From Basidiobolus meristosporus CBS 931.73 (lineage: Eukaryota; Fungi; Basidiobolomycota), in contig MCFE01000363.1 of the NCBI GenBank assembly GCA_002104905.1, positions 23,270 through 87,269 of the forward strand: 64,000 nucleotides of DNA, read 5' to 3'. The notes beneath the pieces were generated by a model. It was not told the origin of the DNA and did no database searches. It saw only the letters and a list, made by a program, of their open reading frames with translations. The translations under genes and the position numbers were made by a program. Shown piece by piece: positions 1-14,190 of the stretch (positions are counted from its first letter, which is position 1; the number at the start of each line of letters is the position of its first letter).

Positions 1-333
1 ACAGAGGCTGAGGTAATATCCGGATATATCCAGAAATTTTCTCATATTGTTAGCCGAAAGAAGGAAAAATTCTTGCTGAAAGAAAGCCTGGGGAATGTTA
101 TCAGTGCTATATGGAAAACCTTCCATGATAAATTCAATGCCGAGTTTGCTGACGATACCGACAATCACAAAGTGAGTATCAATCGTAAACGAAAAGCCAG
201 TGCCTGGTATTACGTATCGTACAATGATCCGAATTTAACAGCCAGCGATCCTTTTATGAACGACTCCTCACTCACATCGTTTTCTTGGGTTGTCTGTGAT
301 ATACTACAATCTATTGCATCAGATATTGAATAA
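1..333 (+). CDS. 3' end of a eukaryotic RNA-dependent RNA polymerase (RNAi RdRP, QDE-1/RDR-like); 5'-truncated by the window edge
   Basis: Frame is open from base 1: TEAEVISGYIQ...KRKASAWYYVSY...LTSFSWVVCDIL*. TEAE-x-ISG, KASAWYxVxY and SFxW-x-x-x-D-x-L are C-terminal motifs I recall from cellular RdRPs. Confidence 0.75.
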   Translation, partial: TEAEVISGYIQKFSHIVSRKKEKFLLKESLGNVISAIWKTFHDKFNAEFADDTDNHKVSINRKRKASAWYYVSYNDPNLTASDPFMNDSSLTSFSWVVCDILQSIASDIE

Positions 334-1499
334 AATACAATTCGTCATTAAAGTCTTAATGAACTAAGAATAATCGGCATTGACATTGATTTTTTAGTGG
401 CGAACTGGCAATTATCTTTACTTTGGTGATTGTGAGCACGAACCTACCTATTAATCAGACCATAATCCCTGTACTAGCCCAAAATGGAGTTGGCAAATTT
501 GGATTTTGGTCAATGCATCAATTGGAATATAGAGTGGCATAGCTTTGATTGGATGAGGAACCACCGGATGTAGGTCACTATACAATGGAAATTACTTACG
601 ATGAAACATCCACAACTCATTGCTAATTGATATGTATATATATATAGGGCTCAAGTATCTATTTCATTAAAGTAAGCATGAGCACACATGTCAACACCTA
701 CCAACTTGTAATTGTTGGGTAGTGAATAGGCCTCTACGAATAGGTTATTGCACACAGTAATTGGCCATAAGCCTATAAAATGTATATTTATCATACAAAG
801 AAGTTACCGAAATCAAAAAAACACCACCATAGATGATGCAAATGAACCACCAAAGGAGATATGGTCAGACTTTATAATACTTCACTTGCTTGAATTGCAA
901 CGGACGGGAGAACCCCGGCTTGTGAATTGTATGTTGCGCATTCAACTTCCAACGTCATGCCTTTTATACGTATTCATGGTAATTGCGAAATCGCAACTGT
1001 GTCGGTGTTTCGGCCACAACAATAGCACTAGTGAAGAATGGTCCACTAGTATTGAGGCCCAGTACCATCTTGCCAACAAACCGCTACTGAATGCTTGCAC
1101 TCATAGGCACTGAGTGGCTTACACATACAGAGCGCTGCTACACTCGGAAATGCTGTACCACCCATGCTTACCCAAAGTTGACAAGCAGCTTTGTAAAGAA
1201 TCATCCAGATTTTGGGAAGATCCCTTAATTAACTTCAACTACAAATATGGCACTTATTCGCATTTTCTACCACCTTCATGAGTGAATATGTTTCTCATTA
1301 AAGAGTTAAGTGCCACGGCCAATTAGCTTTCAGTTTCACTTGGTTCCACTGAAAGGGTAGCACACCTGAATCCATGGCACACAGATCAATGGACTTGTTC
1401 TCGTATTAGATACTATCAGCTTCTATCGGGATCTGGATCTTGAAGTGGCTCAAAAGCGATGTGATGAGAGTGTCTCCAAGCTTCAGGTGTGGGGTGCTG

Positions 1500-2000
1500 T
1501 CCACCAATAAATCCATTTGAGCAAGTTAGAATCGAGACGTAGAAGTTCGTGTGATTCATATGCGAGCGATCATGCGATGAGACGGGCTATGAGAGAATCG
1601 ACTTGGTCGCGAGTAGGACAGCCCAAAGTATATAAGGGTAAGCAGCTTTCAGGTCATAGTCAACATACAATCCACACACTTGACTCGTTCTCCGGAGCTG
1701 CCAGTTTGTTCTGCCCAGGCGATAGCCCTGATTGCTGCCGATACACCGTCTGAGCACGCTTGTAATGATTGGCATCTTGCTTTCAATGTAGCAGCAAATC
1801 GATACTACTCGGGGACCACCGATAGGGTGCTTTGCTAATGGGATGTGCCGATTAGCATTGTATTTTAGTCATTGAGGTTCGATGTGATGAGCAGGCATGT
1901 AGCGAGTCACTATCCTTCTGAATAAACCTTCTTAATGATGACGGGTCAAATCATCGTTTCCAATTTCACCCTAGATCGACGGATAGCATGCCCCCACTGA
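1500..2000 (-). mobile_element. Degenerate repeat copy A, probably a non-LTR (LINE-like) retrotransposon 3' remnant
   Basis: About 60 bp at ~1660-1715 is clearly homologous to ~3268-3325 (tcaacatacaatccacacacttgactcgttctccggagctgccagtttgtt vs tcaacatacagtccacacccttgattcgttctcgagagctgccagcttgtt). The minus strand gives a broken LAKHPIGGPRVVSI, loosely like the LINE LPxxxGGLG motif. Boundaries are approximate. Confidence 0.35.
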
Positions 2001-3079
2001 ATCTTAGTGTGGCACTCCATCTAGAGGTGCTGGTTGCTGTTGCTCTTAATTATCTATGCGAAATACCATCACTTTTTTATTGTACAATCAACATTGTATG
2101 AGAAATATCTTTAGTATGTTCTCAGGTTCACAGCGTCGAATAGTACCTTCAGAGTATAAATAAACAGGCAAACTGCGAGGTTGCTGTATAGACCCGTGAT
2201 ATTAATATTGCTTGTTCGATTTAGCATATATCTATGTCATCCATGTATATACACTACTTCCAAATAACACACGGAACCATACACTGGCGGATTTCATGCG
2301 AAAAACCACACTGGAGAAGATAACTACCTAGCAAAAATAATTCATAATTCTCTGAAAGATCCAAAAAGACCTCCCTCCATTCCTTTATTCTAGCTTATTA
2401 AACACAGAGTAAAGTCATCTCCATAGTCCCTAATTCAGCACCGGGGGTAAACCTTGCTCATTGCTCCGTAAGTAGCGGATCACCAATGCGTGTGCATCAC
2501 CAGGAAAGCACCCGTTACCACAGATAGTGGGGCATCAGATGTTGTGCGAACAGCCAGAACGCCAGAAGAAGGGATAGCAGGATGTGGATTGTCTGTTGCT
2601 CATTCCACTTGTGCCAGCACACCTTTTATGCGCATTCATGGCATCAACGGACTATGTAGCTTGGGTGCAAACATGGTGCAGAACAGTAGCACTAGAGGAC
2701 TGAAGAGCGTACCACCAATATTGGGGTCTAACACCCAGTTACCAAAGTTGGCTTTCATGTGGCCCTTGGATTTAGTACATCGGGAAGGAATAGCTAGAAT
2801 CCGTATAAGGATATATGGCATTGTGACACCAAGTATCTGATGAGCCACCCAGATTTTGAGATAGAAGCCCGATGGATCCTATTCCAAACTAGGTTCACCC
2901 ATGCATCTTGCTCAGTGCAAGGTAACACGGTGAATTTGGGCGAACGACTGCATATGCTGCGGCACCAATTGGAGAGTCGACCACACGTGCTTCTCTTACA
3001 GGTCCTGTAGCTCGTATTCTCAGTGCAAGGTTGCGCGGTGGAATTGGCCAGCTGGATGCTTAGTACGAAGTGCAGTGTG

Positions 3080-3600
3080 TACCACTGAAGAGGCCATGAC
3101 TCATGCTGCCGATTCGGAGGTTCACTTCGGAATCAGCTGTCCATTTCGAGGATTTGTGCTTCCTCTCCATGAACGTTTCAGTGCAATATCACCTCCTCTG
3201 AGTGAACGAGGCAGACTGTGTGTGAAATACGCAACAGTATATAAGGGCAACTGTACCTTTCGACAAACTCAACATACAGTCCACACCCTTGATTCGTTCT
3301 CGAGAGCTGCCAGCTTGTTCAGGAGTAGCACTCATCCGTCTGCCATCTCGCCGCCCAGATGATCGCCCGGCTTTGAAGGGAATGCCTCATTCTACCGCAA
3401 ACAGATAGGTGATGGTAATGCATCGACTGGGATCGGCTACGTATTCCTATCCGTACTTGCTACCGGGATTAATGTCATTGCTGAGCACATGTATGTCACC
3501 TGAATGCACATTAGTATTTTACCTTTTGCACAGTTGTAAGGAGTGATTGGCAGGAAAAGGAGTTCTCCACTTGAATAAACTAGTCTAACGATGGCGAAAC
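3080..3600 (-). mobile_element. Degenerate repeat copy B, same family as 1500-2000
   Basis: Nucleotide similarity to copy A, extending weakly downstream (gataggtg...aatg...gaataaac). Minus-strand fragment SMSHGLFSG resembles the zf-RVT HLFFxC motif. Many stops. Confidence 0.35.
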
Positions 3601-6600
3601 AACAACATAGGAACATGCTCTAATCGTAACATAATGCTTGTCGTTATTCAACGAGGGTGTTATCTGTAGCATCCAAGCGAGTGATTCAACATTTCAGAGC
3701 TCAGTTTAATCGAGTTTTCGCCGTGTTGTTCCAACACCGGGCATTCTCCCTGCGAGGCAGGCTCAATGTGCCCCATTTGGCAGATGTTTCAGCATATCAG
3801 GTGTAGCAGTGTCAGCCCCCTCCAACTAGTAATAACTACCGAGTGTTTCAGCCTCCCACTCTGAGTTACTACAAAGTGTCTGTATCCACACAGTACTATC
3901 GCCAAACCGAAGTATCATTTATATGTTTCTTGACACTAGCTGGTTCATGCGCTCGACATGTACACATGTGGTAAGGGTACCCGAGGCGGTATACTGCAAT
4001 GCACGTGATGTTGGATATTCTGATATCACAAATTCACTGCTGATACCGCAGACTACGAGTAACGTCTATAAATTCTGCTTTATTTCCGTTGGAGGTAGTG
4101 TTTTATTGCAGTGGTATCCAGTAGCTTTTAGTTTACCACGAAGGATGTTAGTATTTCAAGATCTATCCTATCATGTTCGGTCGCTCAGTACTCCTGGATT
4201 CCTTAAGGAACTTCTGTATGCGCCCTGCTGTAATACATTGATTCACAAATAGTTGACGATAACTGTATACTCTGTACATCGCTTTGAACAAATGTATGGT
4301 CTTTTCGGCTCCTCTTAATTTGTGTGTTTTCAGGTTTATATATATCCTGTAATTGGATGCTATAGGTGGTATTGTTAATCTATTCAGAACTCTTCTAGAG
4401 CTTACCCTTCAAATGTAATTACGTAGAATGAATAATGCTAACAGCAGTGGCTATATGGAGACCTTCTATAGCGTCGCTACTTATAGACTGAACCGTTCGT
4501 TTGGGACAATATGAGCTAAAATTTAGCTGATAGTAATCAAAGTAGACAGGAGATCCGGCCATATGAAGAATGCTATTGCATCTTACTAATCACTGCCATT
4601 GTTCCATCAATCTTAACCACTTGCCACCCTTTTATCTTTTGTTAAAACCATCAATTTACAATAAACTTTTATGCTTTTCTGTATGGACCTGTCAGCTCAC
4701 GTGAGGCAGGGCTAAGTTTTTCCATGATTCCCCCATATGTACTCAGCTATTATAATACCTCCTAAACTACTGTGTACCACAAATGTGGGATCTGGTGTAG
4801 TCGAATTTGTCCCCGAGGCAAGAGCACATATTTGGAAGGTAGTGAACGTGCTGCTGCTATCAACTTGCTTAGCACATACGCAACTCGTATACATTACACT
4901 CTGACTTCGCAAGCTATTTGAAAAGTAGTTGTTGAGTCAAGAATGGCTTCCATGGTGGCTACTAGTTTAGTTCAGATGGATAAAGCCCTGGGAGTTATAG
5001 ATAAACACATTCCCAATGACCTCAAACTTTGCATATAGCCTCTCAGACCATTTTCTGCTAATCTTCTATATTATTGTTTCTGTTTAATTAATAAAACTAT
5101 TTCGTTCAAACTTAACTCACTATTTTGCACAATACTCTAGGGTAATAAGTCTTATGCAATGGATATATATCTAGTTGAAAATCAAACACTTAACATTACT
5201 TGAAATCACTTGGTACGGCCAGATGACCATTCAAGTGGGCTTGGCGATACCAGTGAGTAATATCTATTTAATGATTCAATATTCAATATGCCTTTATAAG
5301 ATCAATCATTCAGTGATTCTAGCTCTTCGACTACCTAACTGCTTCAAAGAAGTCAGAGGCCAATGAAGTAATGTTGTCCAGTAAGTATTTGTGCGGACAA
5401 GGTGATGTTTATGATTTTCAACAATAGGCGTATTGAGTTAAAATAAGATATTTATATATAAGTAGAGCCTTATAAAACTATTGATAGAAATATTTTGAAA
5501 AGAGGCCCAACAACTAGTTCACAGTTTTTAGATTTATGAGGTTGGATGTCAGGCAGAATTTCTCGAACATTGTCTATCGGTCATTCAATGTTGACGCCAA
5601 GCCTGTGGCCTATTAGAGCTTCTAATGAAAACCCATCTGGACGTTATTCTCAGTTAAACAAAAGACATTGCTCATTAGTATAGTATCAGTTAGAGCATGT
5701 ACTTAATGGAAATATTTGCATCATATACAGGCTTGGATAACTGAGAAATAGCATTGAACCTTTTATTGTTTATATGGTTGATTTCTCAATCTTTAATACT
5801 CGCCTTTAATACGATATTAATGTGTGGCTTAATTCTTGACCCCAGAGCAAATGTATGTAAGACCCTTCTTTACAATAATTATACTGCATTCTCAACCCAG
5901 GAATTTGAATTTTATACTTGGAACGGAATTCATCCTGGATGTCTTCATACTCGAGTAAGTCAGTTCCAATTAATGCCATTAACTCGACCCTGAATTCTTA
6001 CATTACATTGTTACCAGAGCGTGATAAACCCAATGGAATTCATTGACTTCTGGTTTGTTGGGTCGAAGTAAATTATCTATTGATCTGCCAAGTCTTATAA
6101 AAGTGATGGTTCACGGTCATCGGAAGTTGTGTGCAAGGTTTGGGATAGCTTGTGCAAATACTGAATCTATGCAGGGCCCGGTGTTGTCAGTTAATTGTAT
6201 GACAAATTATTTCTGAAGTTTGAAGATACCAGCAAAGCAGACGACAAATATATAACCTCGAAATACAAACAGTCAAAATACAAATTTTCTTTAGTATTGA
6301 CCGAGCATGTTCTGACATTCTAAAACTACGTGCTGATCAAGGTCTCCTTTGAATAATAGACCCATACGGATAGCACTAATCGTGACAATAGGCTTTTCGC
6401 GGATTCTGGCTTACGTAACGCTTGGTAGGCGAGCCGAAAGTTATTGTTGCTGTACGAACTGAAGATCACCACGACTACTTCGTTGTTGACAACAAAGATA
6501 TGCCAACTGTGGCGATCACGAGCATTACAATGTTAAGAGTAGATGCGAATGGTTTGCAAACTAAGAGTTTAGTTTACATAGCGACATATGCGATTGATCA

Positions 6601-6979
6601 GATATCTCAAGTTCAAGTTAAACAAGTTCCGTTTTTTTTTTCTACTGTATCCACCAACTAAATGTCAATTCTGAACCCCTTCCTCTTGATGGTAATATAA
6701 AGTTGACAATTTTTACTTAGGGGCATGTTAGCCATTCAAGTGGATAAATAGAATAGTTAACATTACAGTTCCGCTTGTGGTATGGGTTTTTGATGGTGAT
6801 TTATTAATTATACCAACTATGTCAAAATCAGTGAGATTATTAATGAAATTTTGATAATTAGAACAACGTCAGCCTTGACACTCGATGTCAAATGAAGGTG
6901 GGTAGGAAAGGTGGATTCCGGGATTGAGGATACGAATTAATGATGAAATGAATAATGAGTATAGTAAAGAGCAACAGTC

Positions 6980-9900
6980 TTAATGGCCGCTAAGATCTTG
7001 TTGGATAACAAGAGCGTAGTATTGACCCTTAAGTGCCATAAGCTCATCATGTGTACCCTTCTCATTAACAACACCATTCTTGAATACGTAGATAACATCT
7101 GCTTTTTGGATGGTAGACAAGCGGTGAGCAACGGCGATAGTGGTACGTCCCTTGGCTGCGGTATCAAGTGCGGTTTGCACAACCTTTTCGGAGGCCGCGT
7201 CAAGTGCGGATGTAGCCTCGTCGAGCAAAAGAATCTTGGGATGACGAATCAATGCACGAGCAATGGCAATGCGTTGCTTCTGACCTCCTGAAAGTTGGGA
7301 TCCTTTACCGCCCAAAGGAGTATCATATCCTAATGGTAAACTCATGATGAAATCGTGGATGTTCGAATCGCGAGCAGCTTTCTCAATTTCTTCTTGAGAT
7401 GGAGTACGGCCAACCAAACCAAAGCAGATATTCTCCTTGATGGTCATGTCGTATAGTGTAGGCTCCTGTCCGACCAAAGCAATGTGCTTGCGCATGTCGT
7501 TGATGTTCATTTGTCTAACGTCCTTTCCATCGATCATGACACTACCGGATAGCACGTCATAGAAACGTTCAGTAAGACCGATAACGGTACTCTTACCACA
7601 TCCAGAAGGACCAACCAGGGCAGCATATTGCCCAGGTTTAATGTCGAGATTCAAGCCTCTTAGAACTGGAACTCCAGGACGAGTAGGGTAACGGAAATGA
7701 ACATCTTTGTAAGTGATGTGTCCCTCAATTGCGTCTACCTTGTCACCTTCAGCCTTCGATGTATCGATGAGTGGCTTACGATCCAACAATCCAATGATGC
7801 TAGAGGCCGCAGATTTCGCCTTGCTGAGGTCTGGCACGAAGGAGAAAACATTACCAGCACTCTGTGCACCAAAAACAATAGCAATGAACACCACAAAAAA
7901 CTGCTTCTGGTCATATTCTGGTGACCCATTGTTAAATGTGGACATCAGTCTACCACCATACCAGAATCCTAAGGCATTGGCGAGGAACACAATGGCTTGG
8001 GAAATGGCAAAGACCATGGAGGAGCCGAATGCGTTCTTCTTTCCTTCTTTAACTGGTTCTTCCAACTCTTTGTGGTATAAATCGCAGACGTCTTGCTCGC
8101 GTGTAAGGGATGCAACAGTACGAATAGACGAAGCCGCCTCACAAGCAAGTTGAGCGGAATGCTCATATGCAGCCTTAGTCTTCAACTGATATCCGTTCAT
8201 CATTCTCATACGGATCACACCAGCTCCCATCAAAAGTGGGACACAAGTCATAACAACAAGTGTAAGCTTCCATCCATAGGCTAATCCGATGATGAAACCG
8301 CCAATTACGGTGGATGTAACCTGGAGAATGGTTCCGAATGTTGCTCCACTAACACCTTGAACATGTGTGGCGTCGGTCGAAAGGGCAGACACCAAAGTTC
8401 CAGTGCTGTTTTGCTCACGATCAAACCACCCAATTTCTTGTTGTAGAATAGCATTGAAGGAGTAAGAGCGGATGCGTTCAGTAAGTCTTTCGCCTGAGAT
8501 ACCAAAGGAAGTTCCTTGAATTGTTTGTGAGCAGAACATCACTATCGCAATGATAAGGAACATCAATGCCCAGAAGTTGATGTCATGAGTATTCTTTTTA
8601 CCGAATGCATCGATAATTCCGGAGAAAACGATCGACATAATTGGATATATGACTCCAGATATGATCGCAGCAATCAAACCAATAATGATGAATTTCAATT
8701 CTGGACGATTAAGTTTGAGGACCCGGAAGCAAACGTATGCAAAGGAGTACTTTGATTCGGCATCCTCCTCGATATCATTTCTGCTACCGACAGACAGAAT
8801 TGAGCGAACGGTAGTTTGACGTCTAAGCTCAGAGTCCTTTGACTTTATAGCCTCCAAGTTTTGATCCTCAGGTGGGGGTACAGCATCCAATTCGTTGTCT
8901 TTGTTACCGATCTTCTGGAGTTCAACAAGCTTGTAGTAGGCTCCTTCAGCCTTGAGAAGAGAATTGTGGTCGCCCGATTCAATGATATCACCACGATCCA
9001 TGACGATAATTTGGTCGGCGTTTCGGATTGTGGAAAGGCGATGAGCGATGACAATGGTGGTTCTACCAGAACTGGCACGATCAAGAGCTTGTTGAACAAT
9101 TCCTTCTGATTGAGTATCCAGAGCAGAGGTGGCCTCATCCAATAACAGAATACGTGGGTCCTTCACAATAGCACGAGCAATAGCAATACGTTGCTTTTGC
9201 CCTCCTGAGAGCAAGAAACCTCTTTCACCAACATGAGTATCATACTTCTCGGGAAGAGTCATAATGAAGTCGTGGGCGTTTGCCATCTTGCAGGCCTGCT
9301 CGATCAGCTCCATTTGCTTCTCTTTGCTGGCTTTTTCATGCGGGGTACCAATCAAACCGTGTGCTACATTCTCGGCAATTGTGCATTTAAATAGTGTAGG
9401 CTCCTGGGAAACAAGACCGATTTGACGTCTAAGCCAATGAACATTAAGAGACTTGATAGGTGTACCATCGAGGGAAATCTCGCCTTCAATTGGATCATAG
9501 AATCGCTCTAGCAGCTGAATAATGGTGGATTTTCCAGAACCACTCATTCCAACTAACGCAACTGTTTTTCCTGGCTCAACAGTCAAGCTGATCCCCTTCA
9601 GAATTGGAACATCTGGGCGGGATGGATAATGGAATCGTAGGTTTCGTGCTTCAATCAAACCCTTGGTGGGTGTCGTTGGCTTGAGGCCCTCCGAAGAGCA
9701 GGAATCAATTTGAGGTACTCGATAAATCGCTTCATAGAGCTTGGCAGCAGCACCTTGAGCTAACGCAAAGGCTTGGAGGTTGGGAGCAACGTGACCAAGG
9801 GAGAAAGCGCCAATAATTACAGCGAAGAATACATTGAAAACATCGCCGGCTTCTAGTGTCCCATCAGTAATCAAGCGGCCACCAAACCATGATGCAAGCG

Positions 9901-10929
9901 AGTAAGCACAGTAGATGATAAAGAAAATAACACCGATACCAAGCCCAGTGGTAAACGCTTTCTTTAGGCCCTCTTTCTTAGCATCAGCGATATTCTTGTT
10001 GTACATCTCTGAGAGTTTTTTCTGTTGACCAAAAGCAGTTGCGGTTCTAATAGAAGAAATAACCTCCTCGGCCAGAGTTCCAGAAATGGAATAATGATCA
10101 AGAGCTCTTTTGGCAAATCTGCTGGTAAAGACGTTCAAAACTCCAACGGAAACGGCGATCATGGGAATAATACAACTCAAGACCAACGTAAGCTTCCAGC
10201 TTTTGATGAAGGCGATAATAAAGGCGGAGATGAATGTTGCAACGTATGAACTGCTTTGCGGGAACTTCTCGGAAATACCATCTTGAATTAAATGAGTATC
10301 ACTAGTGATTCTTGTCGTAATCTCACCAGCACCCAATTTGTCAAACCAGGCAATGTCTTGTCTGAGCACAGCTGCTAAATATGATTCTCTCACTTTTCTG
10401 GTTTGGCGCTCACCAGCGTACACCCAGGTGGACATGTAAGCATAGGTAGTGACAAATATACCTATGGCAAGATATATGAAATAAAGTGTGTACTGGTTGA
10501 TTGTGGATCTAAAGCTGTCGATCTCGGCTGGAGTTATAGGTATTCCCTTAATAACTTTCGTTGAGAAAGCACCGAACTCATTAACCATGCCACCGAAAAT
10601 GATACTACAGGAACGTTAGACTGGACTGATGATAGAAAAATAGGAAAACATCAAACGTACGTCATAAGCGGCATGCCAGCGCCGGCGGCGATGGCAGCAA
10701 ATAAACCCACGGACATTAACATAACATCAAACTTGGTTGCGAAGTTGAAGAGCTCACTCATTGAAACTTTTGGCTCAGCACCAGCCTTCTTGTCTTTGAT
10801 CTCCTTGGAATCCTCCTTGATTTCTACAGCTTTATGCGGTGATGTCTGGTCGACATTTTCGGCATCGTGAAGTGTAGCGCCATAGGCCTCGCTACTATCA
10901 CTCGTCCGTTTCTCAGCGTCCGTTGACAT
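6980..10929 (-). CDS. Full-length ABCB/MDR (P-glycoprotein-type) ABC transporter, ~1297 aa, 2 exons (10929-10661, 10604-6980)
   Basis: TMD-NBD-TMD-NBD layout. Walker A GMSGSGKST and GPSGCGKST, signature LSGGQKQRIAIARA twice, Walker B ILLLDEATSALD twice. GTACGT...TGTAG intron joins LMT/IIFGGMVNEF in frame. Confidence 0.97.
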
Positions 10930-13150
10930 CGTAAGAAATGAAGTGATTAGTTTCCTCAACGAACAGGATCGGTATTTATGCAAACCCTCGCAGTGGTGAA
11001 AATTCTCAACGGTCCATATTAGTCGTTATTCTTGAATTATTGCCAGGATTAGTATTGATGACACGACTGTGATTCAGGTTCAATGCAACGCAAACATGAT
11101 TGGCTTGATATGGAAAAAGGTTAATATTTCCCTTATATTAATATTTCTCTGTAAGATTAGAATACTGAGTTAATTGGTCTTTCCCCAAGTTCGCAGATAT
11201 CGCAATATTAGCATTCATCCGCAGCTTGTATTCGAAAGTGCTGCAAATAGTAACCAATATACAGGATTTTCATTATTAATTTTGATATAGAGCCTAGATG
11301 GCTACTACAAGCCTTTATTACGTACGAGCAGCTCATCTACCCTTGCTGCGAGCTGAAGCGACTGAAACTTCGATTCCAACTGCTTTTTCCAGTATCATCT
11401 CTGAGAATTCGTTGGAACAATATGTCATCTCATGACAAAGCCATCGCTCGCATGAAGATTCCCCATCTCGCTTTCCGGGTTGGTGTGATTGGTATTGAAG
11501 AGCATTGTTCTTGTATGAAGTGAGGTGAAATTGTCGCATACGGCAAAAAGGAGTTATTTACCTCAGATATATACTGCAAGTATATTGGATTTATTGAACG
11601 GGCAACCAGGCTCTAAGATACAGCGGCAATACAATCAACATATTTGTTCAGACAAGTATCATCGGTGTCCCTTGGAACCCTATTATGGTAATCTCATTTT
11701 CAATCTGGTCAACTGGTGAATGCCTGAAATGGGATATCTTTGAATTTCAGGTATCTGAACTTTTAAGGAGATTATTTACATTTGATCTAGTGATTGGAGT
11801 TAGGTTGCATGATCGTATTTTTGATGGGATTTCATCTACTGTCCTTGAGTTGAGTTCGAGTTGCTACACAATGCCCATTTAATAGGTAGGCATTGTTCTT
11901 AGACCACTGTTGTAGGGACTTTTCACTCGAGTGAATCACGCCTGGAACCCTGCCAAACTGTGGTCAGAGTCTTCATAAGCTCATCAACAATAGTTTGACG
12001 CAGATTTCCTACCGATTTGCAAGACATTGCAAACTGACCAGAAACCCCATCACCCAGAGGCCATCATTTTCCATGAATCGTAGATTAGAGATCCTTGGCA
12101 TGTTGACTCACGATTCCCTGGTTACTAAAAATACCTCGCATATCAAAACAATAGATAAGCAATAAGGTTTTACGATATGGAGCTGCTAGATTGATGAAGA
12201 TGAGCCTGATTTCTCCGGCAAAAACGGCGGATTTCGCAAAAACGGACTCCGGAAGGTTTGGGTTGCGTCGATGAGTGCTACAAGCTAGCCAATAGCTTAT
12301 TAACGTCGCACAGGTGTACCCAGCACGTACACTCTGGTGGTCACCAGCAGCCACCTGATTGGCCAGCTCTGACGCACTCATGTATAAGGAAATCAGAATT
12401 CTAGTACGGAAAAATGGGTGGGATTTTGCGGCAGAGTTTGTAGAGGGCAAGGAAAAACTGCTCCGGACTTCCTTCACCTCGCTTTCGGCTATGCTTAAAC
12501 AGGTAGTAATATCATAAGTGGTAACTCTAATGGTTTCAGTTGCTCTTCAGTCTTATGACGGTGCTAAGCAGCTCCAGGTTCAATGGTCTGAATGCAAGGA
12601 CACATTAAGGTTTAAATTGGCAATATCAAGTAAAAATTAGGTTGCATTCCATATCTCGGAGCTTTTGGCTAGTTTAGTGATGGGATATGGAGTAAGAGAC
12701 CATTTCTGCATATTGATGTTGGGGGCTAATCCTTATTGCCCCAGGCATATTCCGCAATCTGTACTGCCAGATACCAAATAATCCCACAGGCGGCATTAGT
12801 TGCAGTGACGAGGTAAAACTAGAATTGGTAGCAGGAAGGTCGAAGTACGCTGTGACGTTTATTTCTTGGAAGCGCCAACTTCTAGGATATTCAAGAAACA
12901 AAGCCAGTTTCGCGGTGATTTCACCAAAAACATGCGCGGTAAACAGTAGGTATGTTGCGTGTTATCTCTTTAATTAGTATATATGCCCATTTTAGAAGGT
13001 CAGGATTGGCAAGGTTAAAACTATTATAACTAGAGTAAGATAGAAGGCAATACGAGATATGATTGAGATCATGTATAAATTAATCAACATGATTGGCACA
13101 GCCAGTTTAATTTACAAATTGACCAACGTCCGTGCGAGTAATGATACCAT

Positions 13151-14190
13151 TCATTGTCTCCGAGGTTCAAGGTCGGCTGTTAGTTTCTTTTGATTTTTTC
13201 ACTGTGCTCGAATCTTGTCCCAACTGACAGTATCATCTTACGGAACCAGAACACGTTCAAAATGTTCAGGGAGCCCAAGGCTAGTGCGAACGCAATCGTG
13301 AGAACCAGAGGGACTTGATTAAGGATAGGTGTGACAGTAACTGTACGGTATGGTTAGAAGGTGATGGAACAGGTTATGTGGGCTTTCTACTTACCAATCA
13401 ACTCGTACATCGACCAAAAGCCCCAGACCAGACGAGCACAGAAAAACACCGTAATAAGAATTACGCCGTTGATCATTTGTAGCATGCTTCCAGTGTATCC
13501 AAGCTTATCCTAATGGTCAGGTTAGCATGGGATACAAAATTCAAGTATGATGACAACAAACCATAAACCAGTGGAAATTCAAGAACGGGGTGCTCAGCTC
13601 AAACATCAGGAACACGCACCCGAAATACATCAAGAACGGTCTCTGTAATAATTCGTGAGTTAATCTAGTCAATGTAGAGTAGAATGCACTTTAGCTTACG
13701 TAGGAGTTAATCCCAAGGCAGAAACACGCTATTCCGTGAACTGCAAAGCCAACTCCGAATTCCTTCAGGTGTAAAATATGGAATATGGAATCCCAAAGGA
13801 AATAACTAACCATCACTTTGCTTAGTAAGAGTCATCAAGGTATATAGCTAAAGGGACTTACCCAGAGGCAATGGCGTACACTTCCCCAGTTCTTCCGCTA
13901 TAACCATATACCTTGTCCTGCACTAATTCCGGTTCCCAATGTAACGGGAAAGCCAGAACGCAAATGACAAGGCAATGCACCAGTGAAACAACATGAACAT
14001 CCCAACTTAGACGCTTTACACTCTTCAAACCCCCATAGGCCTTAGGAAATAGGAGTGGTGATATCATACGTGAAGCATATATAATGAATTGACAGGTCAG
14101 TGTGGACAACACCAGAGTCGGCCAATGGTGAGCCAATTTAGACAATCCGAACTGATTAAAGAATTCTTCAGAAGCCCAAGGGTACTTCAT
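13151..14190 (-). CDS. TLC (TRAM/LAG1/CLN8) domain membrane protein, TMEM56/Tda4-like; multi-exon
   Basis: Exon 1 has WDVHVVSLVH and YAIASG. Later exons give YFLWDS..., FAVHG, RPFLMYFGCVFLMFELSTPFLNFHWF, NGVILITVFFCARLVWG and LNILNVFWFRKMI; stop TGA at 13151-13153. GT-AG introns. Confidence 0.9.

Noticed and set aside
5750-6200. LILDPRANV and PMEFIDFW resembling hAT transposase motifs
   Set aside because: The matches are too short and lack the S..SER.FS dimerisation motif; they are indistinguishable from chance.
6937-10870. Numerous short ORFs overlapping the ABC transporter
   Set aside because: These are antisense or alternate-frame shadows of a long conserved CDS.
12085-12477. 130-aa minus-strand ORF
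   Set aside because: It has no recognisable motif, starts at a non-ATG codon and shows no supporting splice structure.
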